A stretch of DNA of 64,000 nucleotides. Origin: Candidatus Bathyarchaeum tardum. Lineage in GTDB: Archaea > Thermoproteota > Bathyarchaeia > Bathyarchaeales > Bathyarchaeaceae. Numbering within the stretch: the first letter of the stretch is position 1; each line of letters starts with the position of its first letter. The translations under genes and the position numbers were made by a program. The stretch lies in assembly GCA_024650005.2 (NCBI GenBank), contig CP122380.1, positions 1,888,001 to 1,952,000 on the forward strand, read 5' to 3'. Under the pieces are notes generated by a model, which saw only the letters and a list, made by a program, of their open reading frames with translations, did no database searches and was not told where the DNA came from. Shown piece after piece: positions 1 through 9,591 of the stretch.

Positions 1-201
1 ATTTCTGTAATTGACAAGTATTACAAAATGAGCGATGAACACTACATTCAATCATATAATGGAAGCCATAATTCGATATATTTTACCTTTGACCACATCG
101 CTTACGTTAAACATTTTGAAATAAGGGGAACCCAAGGGGCACCAACAGATTCGGGCTGATTTTTCGGTAACGTCAGTAACCCTTGAATACCGTTTCTGAG
201 A

Positions 202-882
202 ATGAAAATAGTTATGACAGAATACTCGTTGCATGCTGACATCAAGGGCTGGTATTCCAAAGCAAAGCACCCAGTTGAGGTTAAGGTTGATGAGTTTATT
301 GTTGATGTAATAAATGAGGATGGTTTGCTGATTGAAATACAAACAAGAAACCTTTCAGCAATCAAAAAGAAATTAAGAAAGCTCCTCAAAGGCAATAAAG
401 TAAGACTTGTTTATCCCATTGCCAAGATTAAATGGATTGTTTACGTGTCAGACGCTGGAGAGATTGTTAAAAAAAGAAAATCACCAAAAAAAGGAAAAAT
501 TACTGACCTTTTTGGTGAAATGGTTCATTTACCTAGTTTGATTAATAATGAAAATTTTTCTATTGAAGTTTTATTCATCGAAGAAAAGGAACTACGATGC
601 AACGACGGAAAAGGAAGCTGGCGACGAAAAGGAATAAGCGTCAAAGACAGAAAGCTTATAAAAATTTTTGGCAGCGTTATTTTTGAGAAAAAAACAGATT
701 TTCTTAAAGTTTTACCCGACAATATGGATAATCCATTTACGAATAAAATTTTGGCAAAGAAAATGGGGATTCCTATTAGGTTAGCTCAAAAAATTACGTA
801 TTGTCTAAGAAAAATGAATGCAGTAACTGTTGTGGATAAGAAAAGAAGAGAATTGGTATTCGAAATTGTCAAAGAAAACTGA
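202..882 (+). CDS. Hypothetical protein with PD-(D/E)xK nuclease-like motif
   Basis: 226-aa ORF (start may be ATG at 214); E..LH..IK.WY...EV.VD...VDV...LIEIQT pattern resembles a restriction-endonuclease-like fold. Confidence 0.55.
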   Translation: MKIVMTEYSLHADIKGWYSKAKHPVEVKVDEFIVDVINEDGLLIEIQTRNLSAIKKKLRKLLKGNKVRLVYPIAKIKWIVYVSDAGEIVKKRKSPKKGKITDLFGEMVHLPSLINNENFSIEVLFIEEKELRCNDGKGSWRRKGISVKDRKLIKIFGSVIFEKKTDFLKVLPDNMDNPFTNKILAKKMGIPIRLAQKITYCLRKMNAVTVVDKKRRELVFEIVKEN

Positions 883-999
883 AAAGGAAAGATAAGCCAA
901 AATTTAAAACTTTGAAGCCAACATAAAATAGTGGGGATAGGATAAACGTCAACTGAATCAATTCTGGAAGCTGAAGTAGAGCAAATCAGAAAACATTTT

Positions 1000-1611
1000 T
1001 TGAAGTATACACGGCAAGCGTTTCAGATTCTTCCAAAAATTAATGAACCATACATTCTTGATGTTGGCTGCGGTTCAGGGATTCCAACAATTGAGTTAGC
1101 TAAACTAAGTAAGGGAACAATAGTCAGCGTTGACACAGACCATAAAGAGCTGGAAAAGCTAGACAAAAAAATCCTAGAAGAAGGACTTTCGAACCGTGTT
1201 TCTACCCAAAATTGTTCGATACTGGATGTTGATTTTCCAGATGAAACCTTTGACATAATCTGGGCTGAAGGCTCGTTACATATAGTTGGTTTCGAGAAAA
1301 GCCTCAATCAGTTAAGACATTTACTACGAAAAGGAGGTTTCATAGTCGCTCATGATGGAATAAATCACGTATCAAGTGCTCTTATCAGCACATCAGATTT
1401 GGGCTATAGCCTGATTGATCATTTTATTTTACCTGATGACGAGTGGAAGATAAATTATTTTGAACCTTTGGAACGGCTAATAAAAAAGTGGAAGAAAAAC
1501 CCAGAAAACAGTGAAATCGTTAAAACATACCAAAACCAAGTCAACATGTTTAGAAAAAAACCAGAGGAAAATATTTCAGGATTTTATATTTTCCAAAAAA
1601 ACAACTGCTAA
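1000..1611 (+). CDS. Class I SAM-dependent methyltransferase
   Basis: ILDVGCGSG motif I and FDIIWAEG motif; frame stays open upstream to 946. Confidence 0.85.
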   Translation: MKYTRQAFQILPKINEPYILDVGCGSGIPTIELAKLSKGTIVSVDTDHKELEKLDKKILEEGLSNRVSTQNCSILDVDFPDETFDIIWAEGSLHIVGFEKSLNQLRHLLRKGGFIVAHDGINHVSSALISTSDLGYSLIDHFILPDDEWKINYFEPLERLIKKWKKNPENSEIVKTYQNQVNMFRKKPEENISGFYIFQKNNC

Positions 1612-1787
1612 GCAGGGGCATAGAAACATCTTTTGGGGGAAATTACTTCACCTTGAGTTTTCAGGCTTTTTATGATTTTGGAAACTTCTTTGCTGTCTAA
1701 TCCAGTCATTTTTGCTAAATCTCCAGGTCGGACAGGTTTTCCTGCTTTTTTCATGGTTTCCAGTACCATTTTTTCGTTGTCGTCCAT
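1608..1787 (-). CDS. Small winged-helix (MarR-like) DNA-binding protein, 59 aa, not in ORF track
   Basis: Manual translation MDDNEKMVLETMKKAGKPVRPGDLAKMTGLDSKEVSKIIKSLKTQGEVISPKRCFYAPA; GAGGT SD upstream. Confidence 0.8.
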   Translation of the reverse strand: MDDNEKMVLETMKKAGKPVRPGDLAKMTGLDSKEVSKIIKSLKTQGEVISPKRCFYAPA

Positions 1788-1888
1788 CTATTTAACCTCA
1801 AAAAATTGTAGATCTCTGCAAAATTTATAGTTATTGAAGCTAGAATTGGGCGTTTCATTTTTTGAATTTCTCGTTTCACAATGTCCCT

Positions 1889-1907
1889 TATATCAAATCT
1901 TGATATA
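1889..1907. promoter_or_regulatory. Palindromic operator candidate TATATCAA-N3-TTGATATA
   Basis: Perfect 8-bp inverted repeat between the divergent wHTH gene and the small secreted protein gene. Confidence 0.45.
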
Positions 1908-1941
1908 TATCATAAACTGGAAATGTTGAGGGAAAATCAAA

Positions 1942-2148
1942 ATGAAAAAAATAGCAACTAGCGCAATATTGGTTTTGATTGTAGCCAGCATGATTATCGG
2001 AATAGTAGCAGCAGAAAATAGTGTTGCACCACCCGAGGGAGCAGGCGATGGAATTCCAGACGGTAACCAGTTTATTCAACCAGATACCCCTGGAAAGGGT
2101 CCAGCACCCAATTGCGGTGATGGAATTTCAGACGGCAGCGGGTTTTGA
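1942..2148 (+). CDS. Small secreted protein with two GDGIxDG repeats
   Basis: Signal peptide MKKIATSAILVLIVASMIIGIVAA; repeats PEGAGDGIPDG and PNCGDGISDG; GAGGG SD. Confidence 0.7.
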   Translation: MKKIATSAILVLIVASMIIGIVAAENSVAPPEGAGDGIPDGNQFIQPDTPGKGPAPNCGDGISDGSGF

Positions 2149-2212
2149 GTAACAAAATAAAAAAAATCAAACCTCTAATTTTTTTATTTTTAAACTTTAA
2201 CAAAACAACAAA

Positions 2213-3118
2213 TTATGTTAAGAGCAGAAAAAAGTATGCGTTTAATGAGATTATAAACAGAAAAAGTGCGATAATATTCAATGAACAAAACTGGCTAACG
2301 TTTTTGTTCTTGAAGGTTGCAAGAAATCCAAGAACTGTTGTTGTTAAGGGTACCAAAGAAAGAAAAAAGATGACTTTCAAGTTAATAACATTGGTAAAAA
2401 GTTGTTCCATGAGAACAAAAAAGGTTAATGTTACAAGGGAAGTGATTGCTGTAAGCACATAGAAACTGTTTTTTGGACCTATTCGAACTGCAAATGTAGT
2501 TTTTTGACCTTTTTGGTCGTTTTTTATGTCCGGGATTTCAAGATTAAGACTAAGAAAGAAACCATACATCATAAACGGGATTGAAAGAAAAACAAAAAGC
2601 AAATCAAGTTGACCTTTCACGGACAGGTAACCGATACTGGGGATTATGAATCCCGTAGCCAAGGCAATAGCTAGTTCTCCTAGACTTTTTGCACTTAATC
2701 GCATTGGAGGAGCTGAGTATGCCCATCCCAAGAGATTTGCTAAAAATGTAATGATGAACAATTCTGTGGGGGCTCCAAAAAAGAGAACCATTATCCCAGC
2801 CAAAACATTTGACAACATCAGCAGGATCAATGAGATTTTCTTTGCCAATGGAGAAAGGTTTGGATGGTTTACCAAGATTTTTTTGTTCGAAAACAGTTTT
2901 TGGTTTTTCTGATGCCGGTCCAATTCAACATCGAAATAGTCATTGCTAAAATGAGTGGACAAATCGCCTAAGAAAACCACACTGTAACCCAAGGCAAGGT
3001 GTAAAAGATTTACGATTCCGCCAGTTAAAATTGCCAGTAAGGCTCCAAGGGAAAAGGCTAAAACTCCACCCGCCACGATGTGAACACGAATTACGCGTAA
3101 GACTATCAGGGAATTCAT
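2213..3118 (-). CDS. UbiA-family prenyltransferase, MenA-like
   Basis: HFSNDYFD and EIPDIKND aspartate-rich motifs, multi-TM; likely start MNSL at 3118 (ORF-track extension overlaps the divergent gene). Confidence 0.8.
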   Translation of the reverse strand: MNSLIVLRVIRVHIVAGGVLAFSLGALLAILTGGIVNLLHLALGYSVVFLGDLSTHFSNDYFDVELDRHQKNQKLFSNKKILVNHPNLSPLAKKISLILLMLSNVLAGIMVLFFGAPTELFIITFLANLLGWAYSAPPMRLSAKSLGELAIALATGFIIPSIGYLSVKGQLDLLFVFLSIPFMMYGFFLSLNLEIPDIKNDQKGQKTTFAVRIGPKNSFYVLTAITSLVTLTFFVLMEQLFTNVINLKVIFFLSLVPLTTTVLGFLATFKNKNVSQFCSLNIIALFLFIISLNAYFFLLLT

Positions 3119-3197
3119 GAAGTTCTCTCTTTGTTTATTGATGGAATAGCTTATTAAAAGATATAATGAATTACATAATGAAATTTGAGGAATGTGA

Positions 3198-4094
3198 ATG
3201 AAAGCACAACTCAAATCGTACTTTGATCTGACCAGAGTGCATTTCTTTTTTGTTTGGCCCACACTTTTTTGCGCGGGAGTGTTCCTTGGGTTTCAATTAA
3301 ACGCCATTTTTTCGTGGTCTCTTATACTCAGAGCCATCTTTATTGGTTTAGCAGGATTTGAAGCAGGCTTAGTCTTGAATGATATCATAGATCGGGATAT
3401 AGACAAAAAAGAAGTTGAAACCAATAAATTAACAAAATATTGGAGAGTTTTTGGTCAAAGACCCCTATCCCAAGGTCTGCTTTCTTACAAGCAAGGATTG
3501 ATTGTGTTTTTTGGACTAGTTGCAGTTACGACTGTTTTGATTTTCACGTTTCCTTTTCCAACGTCCCTGTATCTTGTAACCATCATGCTAGTTTGTTATG
3601 GGCTGGAAATTTTTTATCAAATCAAAAAAAGAAACCAAAGCTTTCCTTTCGCTCAACTGATTGGGCGGATTGATTTCACAATGTTTCATGTAGCAGGATA
3701 CATCGCGGTTGCAGGTTTTGATTTCAATGCATTACTCTTTGGTTTGTTTTTTTATCCCTTAGCCCAAGCACATTTAGGAGTAAATGACATGGCAGATGTA
3801 ACCAATGACAAAGTCAAAAACATGAAAACTATACCCTTGCTCTATGAAATGAAAGGCACCAGTTACTGGATTTTACTGTTTAGTGCATTACATATTGGAG
3901 CCGCAATAGTTTTTGTTAGCATTCTAGGAACCATAGCATTAATCGGGTTTAGCATCAGTTTTGTACTCTTAACATTAGCTAACTACAAAATCTTGAAAGG
4001 AAAAACCGCAGACTCAGCAATGAAAGCATTGCCACTATTCCATGTAAGCATGCTGATTTACGCCATTTCAATCATTGCAGGATATTTCATATAG
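3198..4094 (+). CDS. UbiA-family prenyltransferase
   Basis: NDIIDRDID and NDMADVTND motifs, RPL..G loop, multi-TM. Confidence 0.85.
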   Translation: MKAQLKSYFDLTRVHFFFVWPTLFCAGVFLGFQLNAIFSWSLILRAIFIGLAGFEAGLVLNDIIDRDIDKKEVETNKLTKYWRVFGQRPLSQGLLSYKQGLIVFFGLVAVTTVLIFTFPFPTSLYLVTIMLVCYGLEIFYQIKKRNQSFPFAQLIGRIDFTMFHVAGYIAVAGFDFNALLFGLFFYPLAQAHLGVNDMADVTNDKVKNMKTIPLLYEMKGTSYWILLFSALHIGAAIVFVSILGTIALIGFSISFVLLTLANYKILKGKTADSAMKALPLFHVSMLIYAISIIAGYFI

Positions 4095-4248
4095 AAATAA
4101 CTTCAGTTATTACTTCTTGCAACTTTTTCTAGAAAAATTCTGACGGTTTAAGACGAAAGAAACGTTCTTTTTGTTTTCATATCTGTTTATATAACACCGT
4201 TATACTTGGAAAGAAGCAATCAAAACAAGTAAATGCGAGACAAAAGCA

Positions 4249-4941
4249 ATGAAAAAACTGTTTTTCATTCTTCTTATTACAAGCTCAATATTTTGCATTA
4301 CCCAAGGTTTACAACAGGTTAATGCTTCATCTAACCCAGTTCCTCAGCTTTCTACAGTTGTTTACTATCCCGACGTATGCAATCCAGAATTCTGGGCGAC
4401 CTTTGACATCTCAAATTTTGGTGCAACTTCTCATGCTGACTCGTATTTATCGGTTACTTTATCTCCACACCTAGAACTAGTTTCATGGCATACTACACCA
4501 GATACTCCAGAAATGAAGATTAGAATCTACGAAAAAGGTTCCATCATAGTAAATACCTCAGGTTCAACAGTTAAAACAAACAACACCATTATTGAAGTGT
4601 ACAATCACAAATTGCAAAATAACGAAACAATCAAAGTTACAATATTTTTTGAAAACACCCTCTATCAATCTCCAGGCGAATGGATAAAATCCCGTTTAGT
4701 AATGTACCCAGAGGACATAGATTTTACATCAAAGATTCAGGACCCTACACAATCAATCCGAAAAGACCAACAAGGATACCCAGTTTATCAATTATCTGTG
4801 GCACCAAATAAGGAAATTTACCCCATAAACAATGACAACGTGGAAGTGATTCCAGAATTTCCGTCAGGGATGATTTTTCCACTTTTACTAGCAGCAATAT
4901 TTGTTGGCATAATAGTAGTAAAAAACAAGTTGAAAAACTAA
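4249..4941 (+). CDS. Secreted surface protein with PEF-CTERM sorting signal
   Basis: N-terminal signal peptide; C-terminal VIPEFP + hydrophobic helix + KNKLKN. Confidence 0.75.
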   Translation: MKKLFFILLITSSIFCITQGLQQVNASSNPVPQLSTVVYYPDVCNPEFWATFDISNFGATSHADSYLSVTLSPHLELVSWHTTPDTPEMKIRIYEKGSIIVNTSGSTVKTNNTIIEVYNHKLQNNETIKVTIFFENTLYQSPGEWIKSRLVMYPEDIDFTSKIQDPTQSIRKDQQGYPVYQLSVAPNKEIYPINNDNVEVIPEFPSGMIFPLLLAAIFVGIIVVKNKLKN

Positions 4942-4973
4942 ATGCAGATGTTTTCGTAGCAATTTGAAGATTG

Positions 4974-6062
4974 TTAGTGCCAGCTGCCAACAGTTTTCTT
5001 TCGTTTAATTAGCAGATAAACAAAGAAAGGAGAACCCAGAACGGATGTTATTATTCCAACTGGAATTTCGGCGGGGCTCATCAATGTTCGGGCTAAGGTG
5101 TCACAGATAATTAGAACAATTGCCCCAAGCAAAGCAGAGGTTGGTATCAAAATTCTGTGGTCGGGTCCAACAAGTAGTCGTGTCATGTGAGGAATTATCA
5201 AACCAATAAAGCCAATTATGCCACTTACTGAAACTGCTGCGGCAGTAATCAAAGAAACACAGATTAATAGTCTTGTCTTAAGGCTGTCAACATCTACTCC
5301 AAGATGTTGGGCTTGATTTTCTCCAAGAGAAATTATGTTCAAGTCTTTTGCGTAAAAAAAGATTATAATTATGCCCCCAAAAATAAACGGGGATGCAATA
5401 TACAGGTGGTTCCATCCAGCCAATTGAAGGCTGCCCATAATCCAGTAAACGATTCCTTGTAAAGCATCAGAACTGATTATTTTGATCAATGAAACAATAG
5501 CTGACAAGAAACTGCTTATTGCAATTCCTATCAATAACAAAGTCAGCATTGAGTTTCCACCGCTGCGTTTTGCGATGTTATATACTACAAAGATTGTTGT
5601 AAGAGCACCAATAAACGCCAATAAAGGTACAGCATACAAAAACCCTAGAAAGGTGGACCCAAATCCAAATCCTATAGCCAATGAGGCTCCAACGCTTGCT
5701 CCTGCAGAAATTCCCAGAACGTATGGGTCAGCCATGGGGTTTCTGAGTAATCCTTGAAGAACAGTTCCCGCCGCGGCAAGAGCAACTCCAACAACTGCAG
5801 CGACTAAAACTCGGGGCAACCTGATTTTTAGGACAACTTCAGTTTGAATTGCTGATACGTCACTTTGTACAAAATCTCCAATAAAGGGCAAATTTTTGAT
5901 CAAAACGGTATAGACATCAGGTAATGAAATGTCCATTGATCCAATTGTTACAGTAACTAAAACTATAACAATTAGACTAACGGATAACAAAAAAACGATT
6001 AATTTCCAGCGGTTTAAACGAGTTAAAAGGACGTGAGGCGAGTTTTGGATCTTCAGCACCAA
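4974..6062 (-). CDS. btuC: Cobalamin/iron-siderophore ABC transporter permease (FecCD/BtuC)
   Basis: IRLPRV, LRNPMADPYVLGISAGA, GFIGLIIPH, EIPVGIIT motifs. Confidence 0.9.
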   Translation of the reverse strand: MVLKIQNSPHVLLTRLNRWKLIVFLLSVSLIVIVLVTVTIGSMDISLPDVYTVLIKNLPFIGDFVQSDVSAIQTEVVLKIRLPRVLVAAVVGVALAAAGTVLQGLLRNPMADPYVLGISAGASVGASLAIGFGFGSTFLGFLYAVPLLAFIGALTTIFVVYNIAKRSGGNSMLTLLLIGIAISSFLSAIVSLIKIISSDALQGIVYWIMGSLQLAGWNHLYIASPFIFGGIIIIFFYAKDLNIISLGENQAQHLGVDVDSLKTRLLICVSLITAAAVSVSGIIGFIGLIIPHMTRLLVGPDHRILIPTSALLGAIVLIICDTLARTLMSPAEIPVGIITSVLGSPFFVYLLIKRKKTVGSWH

Positions 6063-6111
6063 CTGATAGCTTTGTCCTCATCGCCATTTTTGTTCATAAA
6101 GTTTTGGATGT

Positions 6112-7074
6112 TTAGCTTTCCGCGAATGCTTCAGGATGGAATATTTCAGCTAATTGCTGTATTCCATCGACAATGTTTGGTCCAGCAACAGTAATCAAGT
6201 TTTCATCGACTTCATAAACAGCATCGTTAATAACTGCATTTAACAGGTTCCAGCTTTCTCGGTTTTTAATTTCTTCAGGTGTACAGCTGTAATAGCTTGA
6301 CATGACTCCTTCAGAAATTATGATAATGTCAGGGTTAACGTTTAGAATTTCTTCAGTAGATGTTGACAAGTATTGACCATTATAATCAGCAAACACGTTG
6401 ACTCCTCCAGCAAGGGTAATTAATTCATTAACTACAGAGTTTCCACCAAAACTGTTCATGGACCCGTACTCAACGTAAACTGTTGGCTTTTCTAGGTCAC
6501 TGACTTTATCTTCAATTAACTGGGCATCTGCTTGGATGCCTGCAACAACTGCAGCAGCTTCTTGTTCGTTTCCAGTTATTTGCCCAATTAAGGAAATATC
6601 ATCAAGGTACCCAGTAAATCCGGAATGGATTACAATTACAACGGTTTTGTCCAGTTCAATAAACCGGTTAGCAGTAGAAAGCTGGAAACCTCCCTTAGAA
6701 AGAATCAAATCAGGGTCTAACGCCACTACACTTTCTACACTGATTGTTTGGAAGTCCCCAACTGTCGCTATTTTGCCAGAGGCAATTGCACTTTGAATTT
6801 CTGGCGAATAATTATCGTAAATTGGAACTCCAACAATTTTGTCTTCTAATCCGATAGAAAACAAAATTTCAGTGCAACTAGGTGCAATGGAAACTATTCT
6901 TTCAGGATACTCCGCAAAAGTGACAGTATTTCCTGCACCGTCGGTTATTGTTATTGGATATTCTAGTTCATTAGATTCAGATGGAGAACCAAGGTAAACA
7001 TAACCTAATGCTCCCACAGATACAACTGCGATAGCAGCAATTATAATGATTATAGTTTTCGTATTCATGTTCAT
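6112..7074 (-). CDS. btuF: Cobalamin/iron ABC transporter substrate-binding protein (BtuF-like)
   Basis: PERIVSIAPSCTEILF, GGVNVF motifs; N-terminal membrane anchor. Confidence 0.85.
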   Translation of the reverse strand: MNMNTKTIIIIIAAIAVVSVGALGYVYLGSPSESNELEYPITITDGAGNTVTFAEYPERIVSIAPSCTEILFSIGLEDKIVGVPIYDNYSPEIQSAIASGKIATVGDFQTISVESVVALDPDLILSKGGFQLSTANRFIELDKTVVIVIHSGFTGYLDDISLIGQITGNEQEAAAVVAGIQADAQLIEDKVSDLEKPTVYVEYGSMNSFGGNSVVNELITLAGGVNVFADYNGQYLSTSTEEILNVNPDIIIISEGVMSSYYSCTPEEIKNRESWNLLNAVINDAVYEVDENLITVAGPNIVDGIQQLAEIFHPEAFAES

Positions 7075-7320
7075 CACTTGATTAATGGATTGGTTATCCA
7101 CAACTTAATCGCTAATAAATTATCCGATTTTTTCTAAAAAAAATGAACAAGACATTGAAAATACCTAATAAAATTTAAAAAAATCGCATGAAAAACAAAA
7201 AACACAAAAAACGCCAGCCCACAGAATTGACTTACATGAAGAACACAATTTGAAGTAAACTCTGTCTACCAAGCATGTTTAGACAGATATCCTTTTGTTT
7301 GACGCATCTAGATTTTATTT

Positions 7321-7884
7321 ATGGACAAAACCATTTTGCTGCTGATGGTATCGGACGTTTTCTTGTTAACTGGTTTTGGATTAATGCAACCAATTTTATC
7401 GATTTTCATTAAAGACAATCTGGTTGACGGAACAGTTTTCGCAGCAGGTATTGCAGTCATGCTGTTTATGTTAACCAAGAGTTTAGTACAATTACCCCTT
7501 TCAAAAATTGTTGATAAACGCAAACGAGGCTTTAGAATCAAACTTGTGATAGCTGGAACCTTTGTGGTTTCATTAGTTCCGTTTATTTACATTTTTGCGA
7601 CCCAAGTAATTTACATTTATTTAGCCCAAATAATCTACGGCCTAGGAAGCGGATTAGCATTTCCATCTTGGATGGGACTTTGGAGCAAAAACTCTGCAAT
7701 TTACCGAAAAAGTTACGACTGGAGCATATACTCCACAGCAACAGGAATCGGAACCGCAATCGCCGCAGTGGTCGGTGCCACCATAGCAGAACTATTAGGA
7801 TTTTCTTACACATTCATACTCGTCGGAGTGCTAGCCATATTCGCATGTTTTTCTTTATTAGGACTCGAACTAAAAACACCTTAA
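7321..7884 (+). CDS. Half-size (6-TM) MFS-like transporter
   Basis: 187 aa, about 6 hydrophobic helices, motif-A-like SKIVDKRKRG; clean start and stop. Confidence 0.7.
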   Translation: MDKTILLLMVSDVFLLTGFGLMQPILSIFIKDNLVDGTVFAAGIAVMLFMLTKSLVQLPLSKIVDKRKRGFRIKLVIAGTFVVSLVPFIYIFATQVIYIYLAQIIYGLGSGLAFPSWMGLWSKNSAIYRKSYDWSIYSTATGIGTAIAAVVGATIAELLGFSYTFILVGVLAIFACFSLLGLELKTP

Positions 7885-8063
7885 TCAAATATTCAAAGAT
7901 TATGAACTCAATTGAAAAATGTCTAGAAGTAGTTGTTTATTGCTGTACGCACGTTACAACTACTACTTCTCGGAATCAAATGCAAAAAATACCGATTGCC
8001 CCTCAGCTTTAACCCAAAAAAAAGTTTATTTCGCTCTTTTTGGGAGTAATATTTAGTGATTTT

Positions 8064-8366
8064 ATGTCCAAAAACCCAGTTGATTCATATCGAGAATTTG
8101 ACCCAGAAATCATCAGAACCTATGAGAATATACAAGGTTTAGCATTTTCTGAAGGAAAACTGTCCCAGAAAATTAAGATATTAATAGCAATGGCCATAGA
8201 CGCAGAAAACGGAGCAACACAAGGCGCCATTGTCCTAGGCCAAAAAGCAATCAAGCTAGGAGCCACAAAACAAGAAATAATCGAAACCCTACGAATAGCC
8301 TACCTCATCGGAGGAACCAAAGCACTCTTCACCAACGCAACAGTACTACAAACGCTCTTAAAATAA
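8064..8366 (+). CDS. Carboxymuconolactone decarboxylase/AhpD-family protein
   Basis: GKLSQKIKILIAMAIDA...A...GATKQEIIE pattern; ATG at 8064. Confidence 0.8.
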   Translation: MSKNPVDSYREFDPEIIRTYENIQGLAFSEGKLSQKIKILIAMAIDAENGATQGAIVLGQKAIKLGATKQEIIETLRIAYLIGGTKALFTNATVLQTLLK

Positions 8367-8413
8367 CAAATACAAGAAGAAATTACAAACTATTTTGTAA
8401 AAAAATTAGTTGA

Positions 8414-8436
8414 TGGTGAAATCGCGGGATTTGAAC
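8414..8436 (-). repeat. Degenerate copy of tRNA-Pro 3' end (att-like site 3)
   Basis: TGGTGAAATCGCGGG-ATTTGAAC vs TGGTGGGGTCGCGGGGATTTGAAC at 15426-15449. Confidence 0.6.
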
Positions 8437-8572
8437 AGGGATTAATTGTTTTTGTTTTTTGAGCGACAATCCTATGTAATGAAGTTATTTCGGAATTCTG
8501 TTAGGGGTATCACAGCTATGTCAGGTTTTTTTTAGCAGGCCCCAATTAGTCGACAGTTAACTTTTTTGGATC

Positions 8573-8830
8573 TCAAATTTGACCAGTTTCATAAGTGGGC
8601 GTGAAGATTTCTCGGTCCACAATTCTTTTAATAAATCGCTGGGGGCTCATAACGTGTCGTTCTGCTACGTCTACTGAAGCATTTTGCGCTCCTCTTAGGT
8701 CAACTGCAACCATTTTGACGTTTGCATCTTTTTTGTCATAAACGAATTTTGTTCCAGCCTTTGGTTTTATCTTGATCAGCTTTTGATATTCAACAAGGTT
8801 TTTGTGGCTGGCTTCTGCAAAAACCCACAA
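8573..8830 (-). pseudogene. Probable gene fragment of a decayed integrated element
   Basis: 85-aa ORF with no recognisable family, lying between att-like copies at 8414 and 9210. Confidence 0.3.
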
Positions 8831-8866
8831 TCATCTGGACCAACTTACTTTCAGAGAGGGCTTAAA

Positions 8867-8903
8867 TGTTGTTGTTGGGGGGTAGGGGGGGTCAACAACA
8901 ACA
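8867..8903. repeat. Inverted repeat with G-run loop
   Basis: TGTTGTTGTTG (8867-8877) / CAACAACAACA (8893-8903) around GGGGGTAGGGGGGGT. Confidence 0.7.
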
Positions 8904-9083
8904 AATGACATACCCGTAGGCTGTCCATGTGAAAATTTTTTGAGTCTTGCCAAAATAATACTGGCTCTTGATGAACTTGTCCTAGGAATCGCTTAGGTTT
9001 TAAAGTCTTCATTCAATGATTTGTGGAATTAATACATACAAGAGTTTGTTTGCTGATTACGCGAATTGACAAGAAACCCGAAA

Positions 9084-9170
9084 GGAGCTTGTGAGATGTT
9101 AGAAACAAGATTTCAAGGCACAATTGGAGAATATTATGATGGTGAAAAGATTTTAAGTAAACCAAAATAA
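9084..9170 (+). pseudogene. Tyrosine integrase C-terminal tail remnant
   Basis: Translates GACEMLETRFQGTIGEYYDGEKILSKPK*, aligning with EACELVKSGFQYVTGEYIDGGKIFRKPK* ending at 15408. Confidence 0.7.
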
Positions 9171-9209
9171 TATCTCGTCATTTTTTCCTCAAAATGTCCG
9201 GAGGATTAC

Positions 9210-9231
9210 TGGGGGGTCGCGGGGATTTGAA
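9210..9231 (-). repeat. Copy of tRNA-Pro 3' end (att-like site 2)
   Basis: GGGGTCGCGGGGATTTGAA (9213-9231) identical to 15430-15448. Confidence 0.85.
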
Positions 9232-9591
9232 AAGGCAGGTGTTGGTATTAACCGCAGAAAATCTCATAATTCCACTTTTTTAGGAGTGAAAGTGGAATAC
9301 ACAACTACTTGATTTTTTGCATACACAGAAAATTGGGTGTTAATATTTCAGGGATTTGGTGAAAGATAGTAAAAACCATTAAGCAATTAGAAGGTGATTA
9401 TGTAAGGTTATTTGCTTCTTGAATGTAATTGAGGGAATATATGGAAAGTATTAGCGAACAGGTTAAAATTGATGGAAATAAAATCGCCCATGTAGTAACG
9501 CGCGCGCTAAAGTTATTTTATATGTCATCGCATATCTGTGGTAAGTAATATAAACGGAAATGTATAGAAATCAATATTATCAAATTGAGAG

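Noticed and set aside
3118-3262. Apparent head-to-head overlap of the two UbiA ORFs
   Set aside because: Artefact of longest-ORF calling; likely start is 3118
4974-7320. btuFC lacking the ATPase; possible cobalamin riboswitch upstream
   Set aside because: Unlinked btuD is common; upstream region is A-rich with no B12-box
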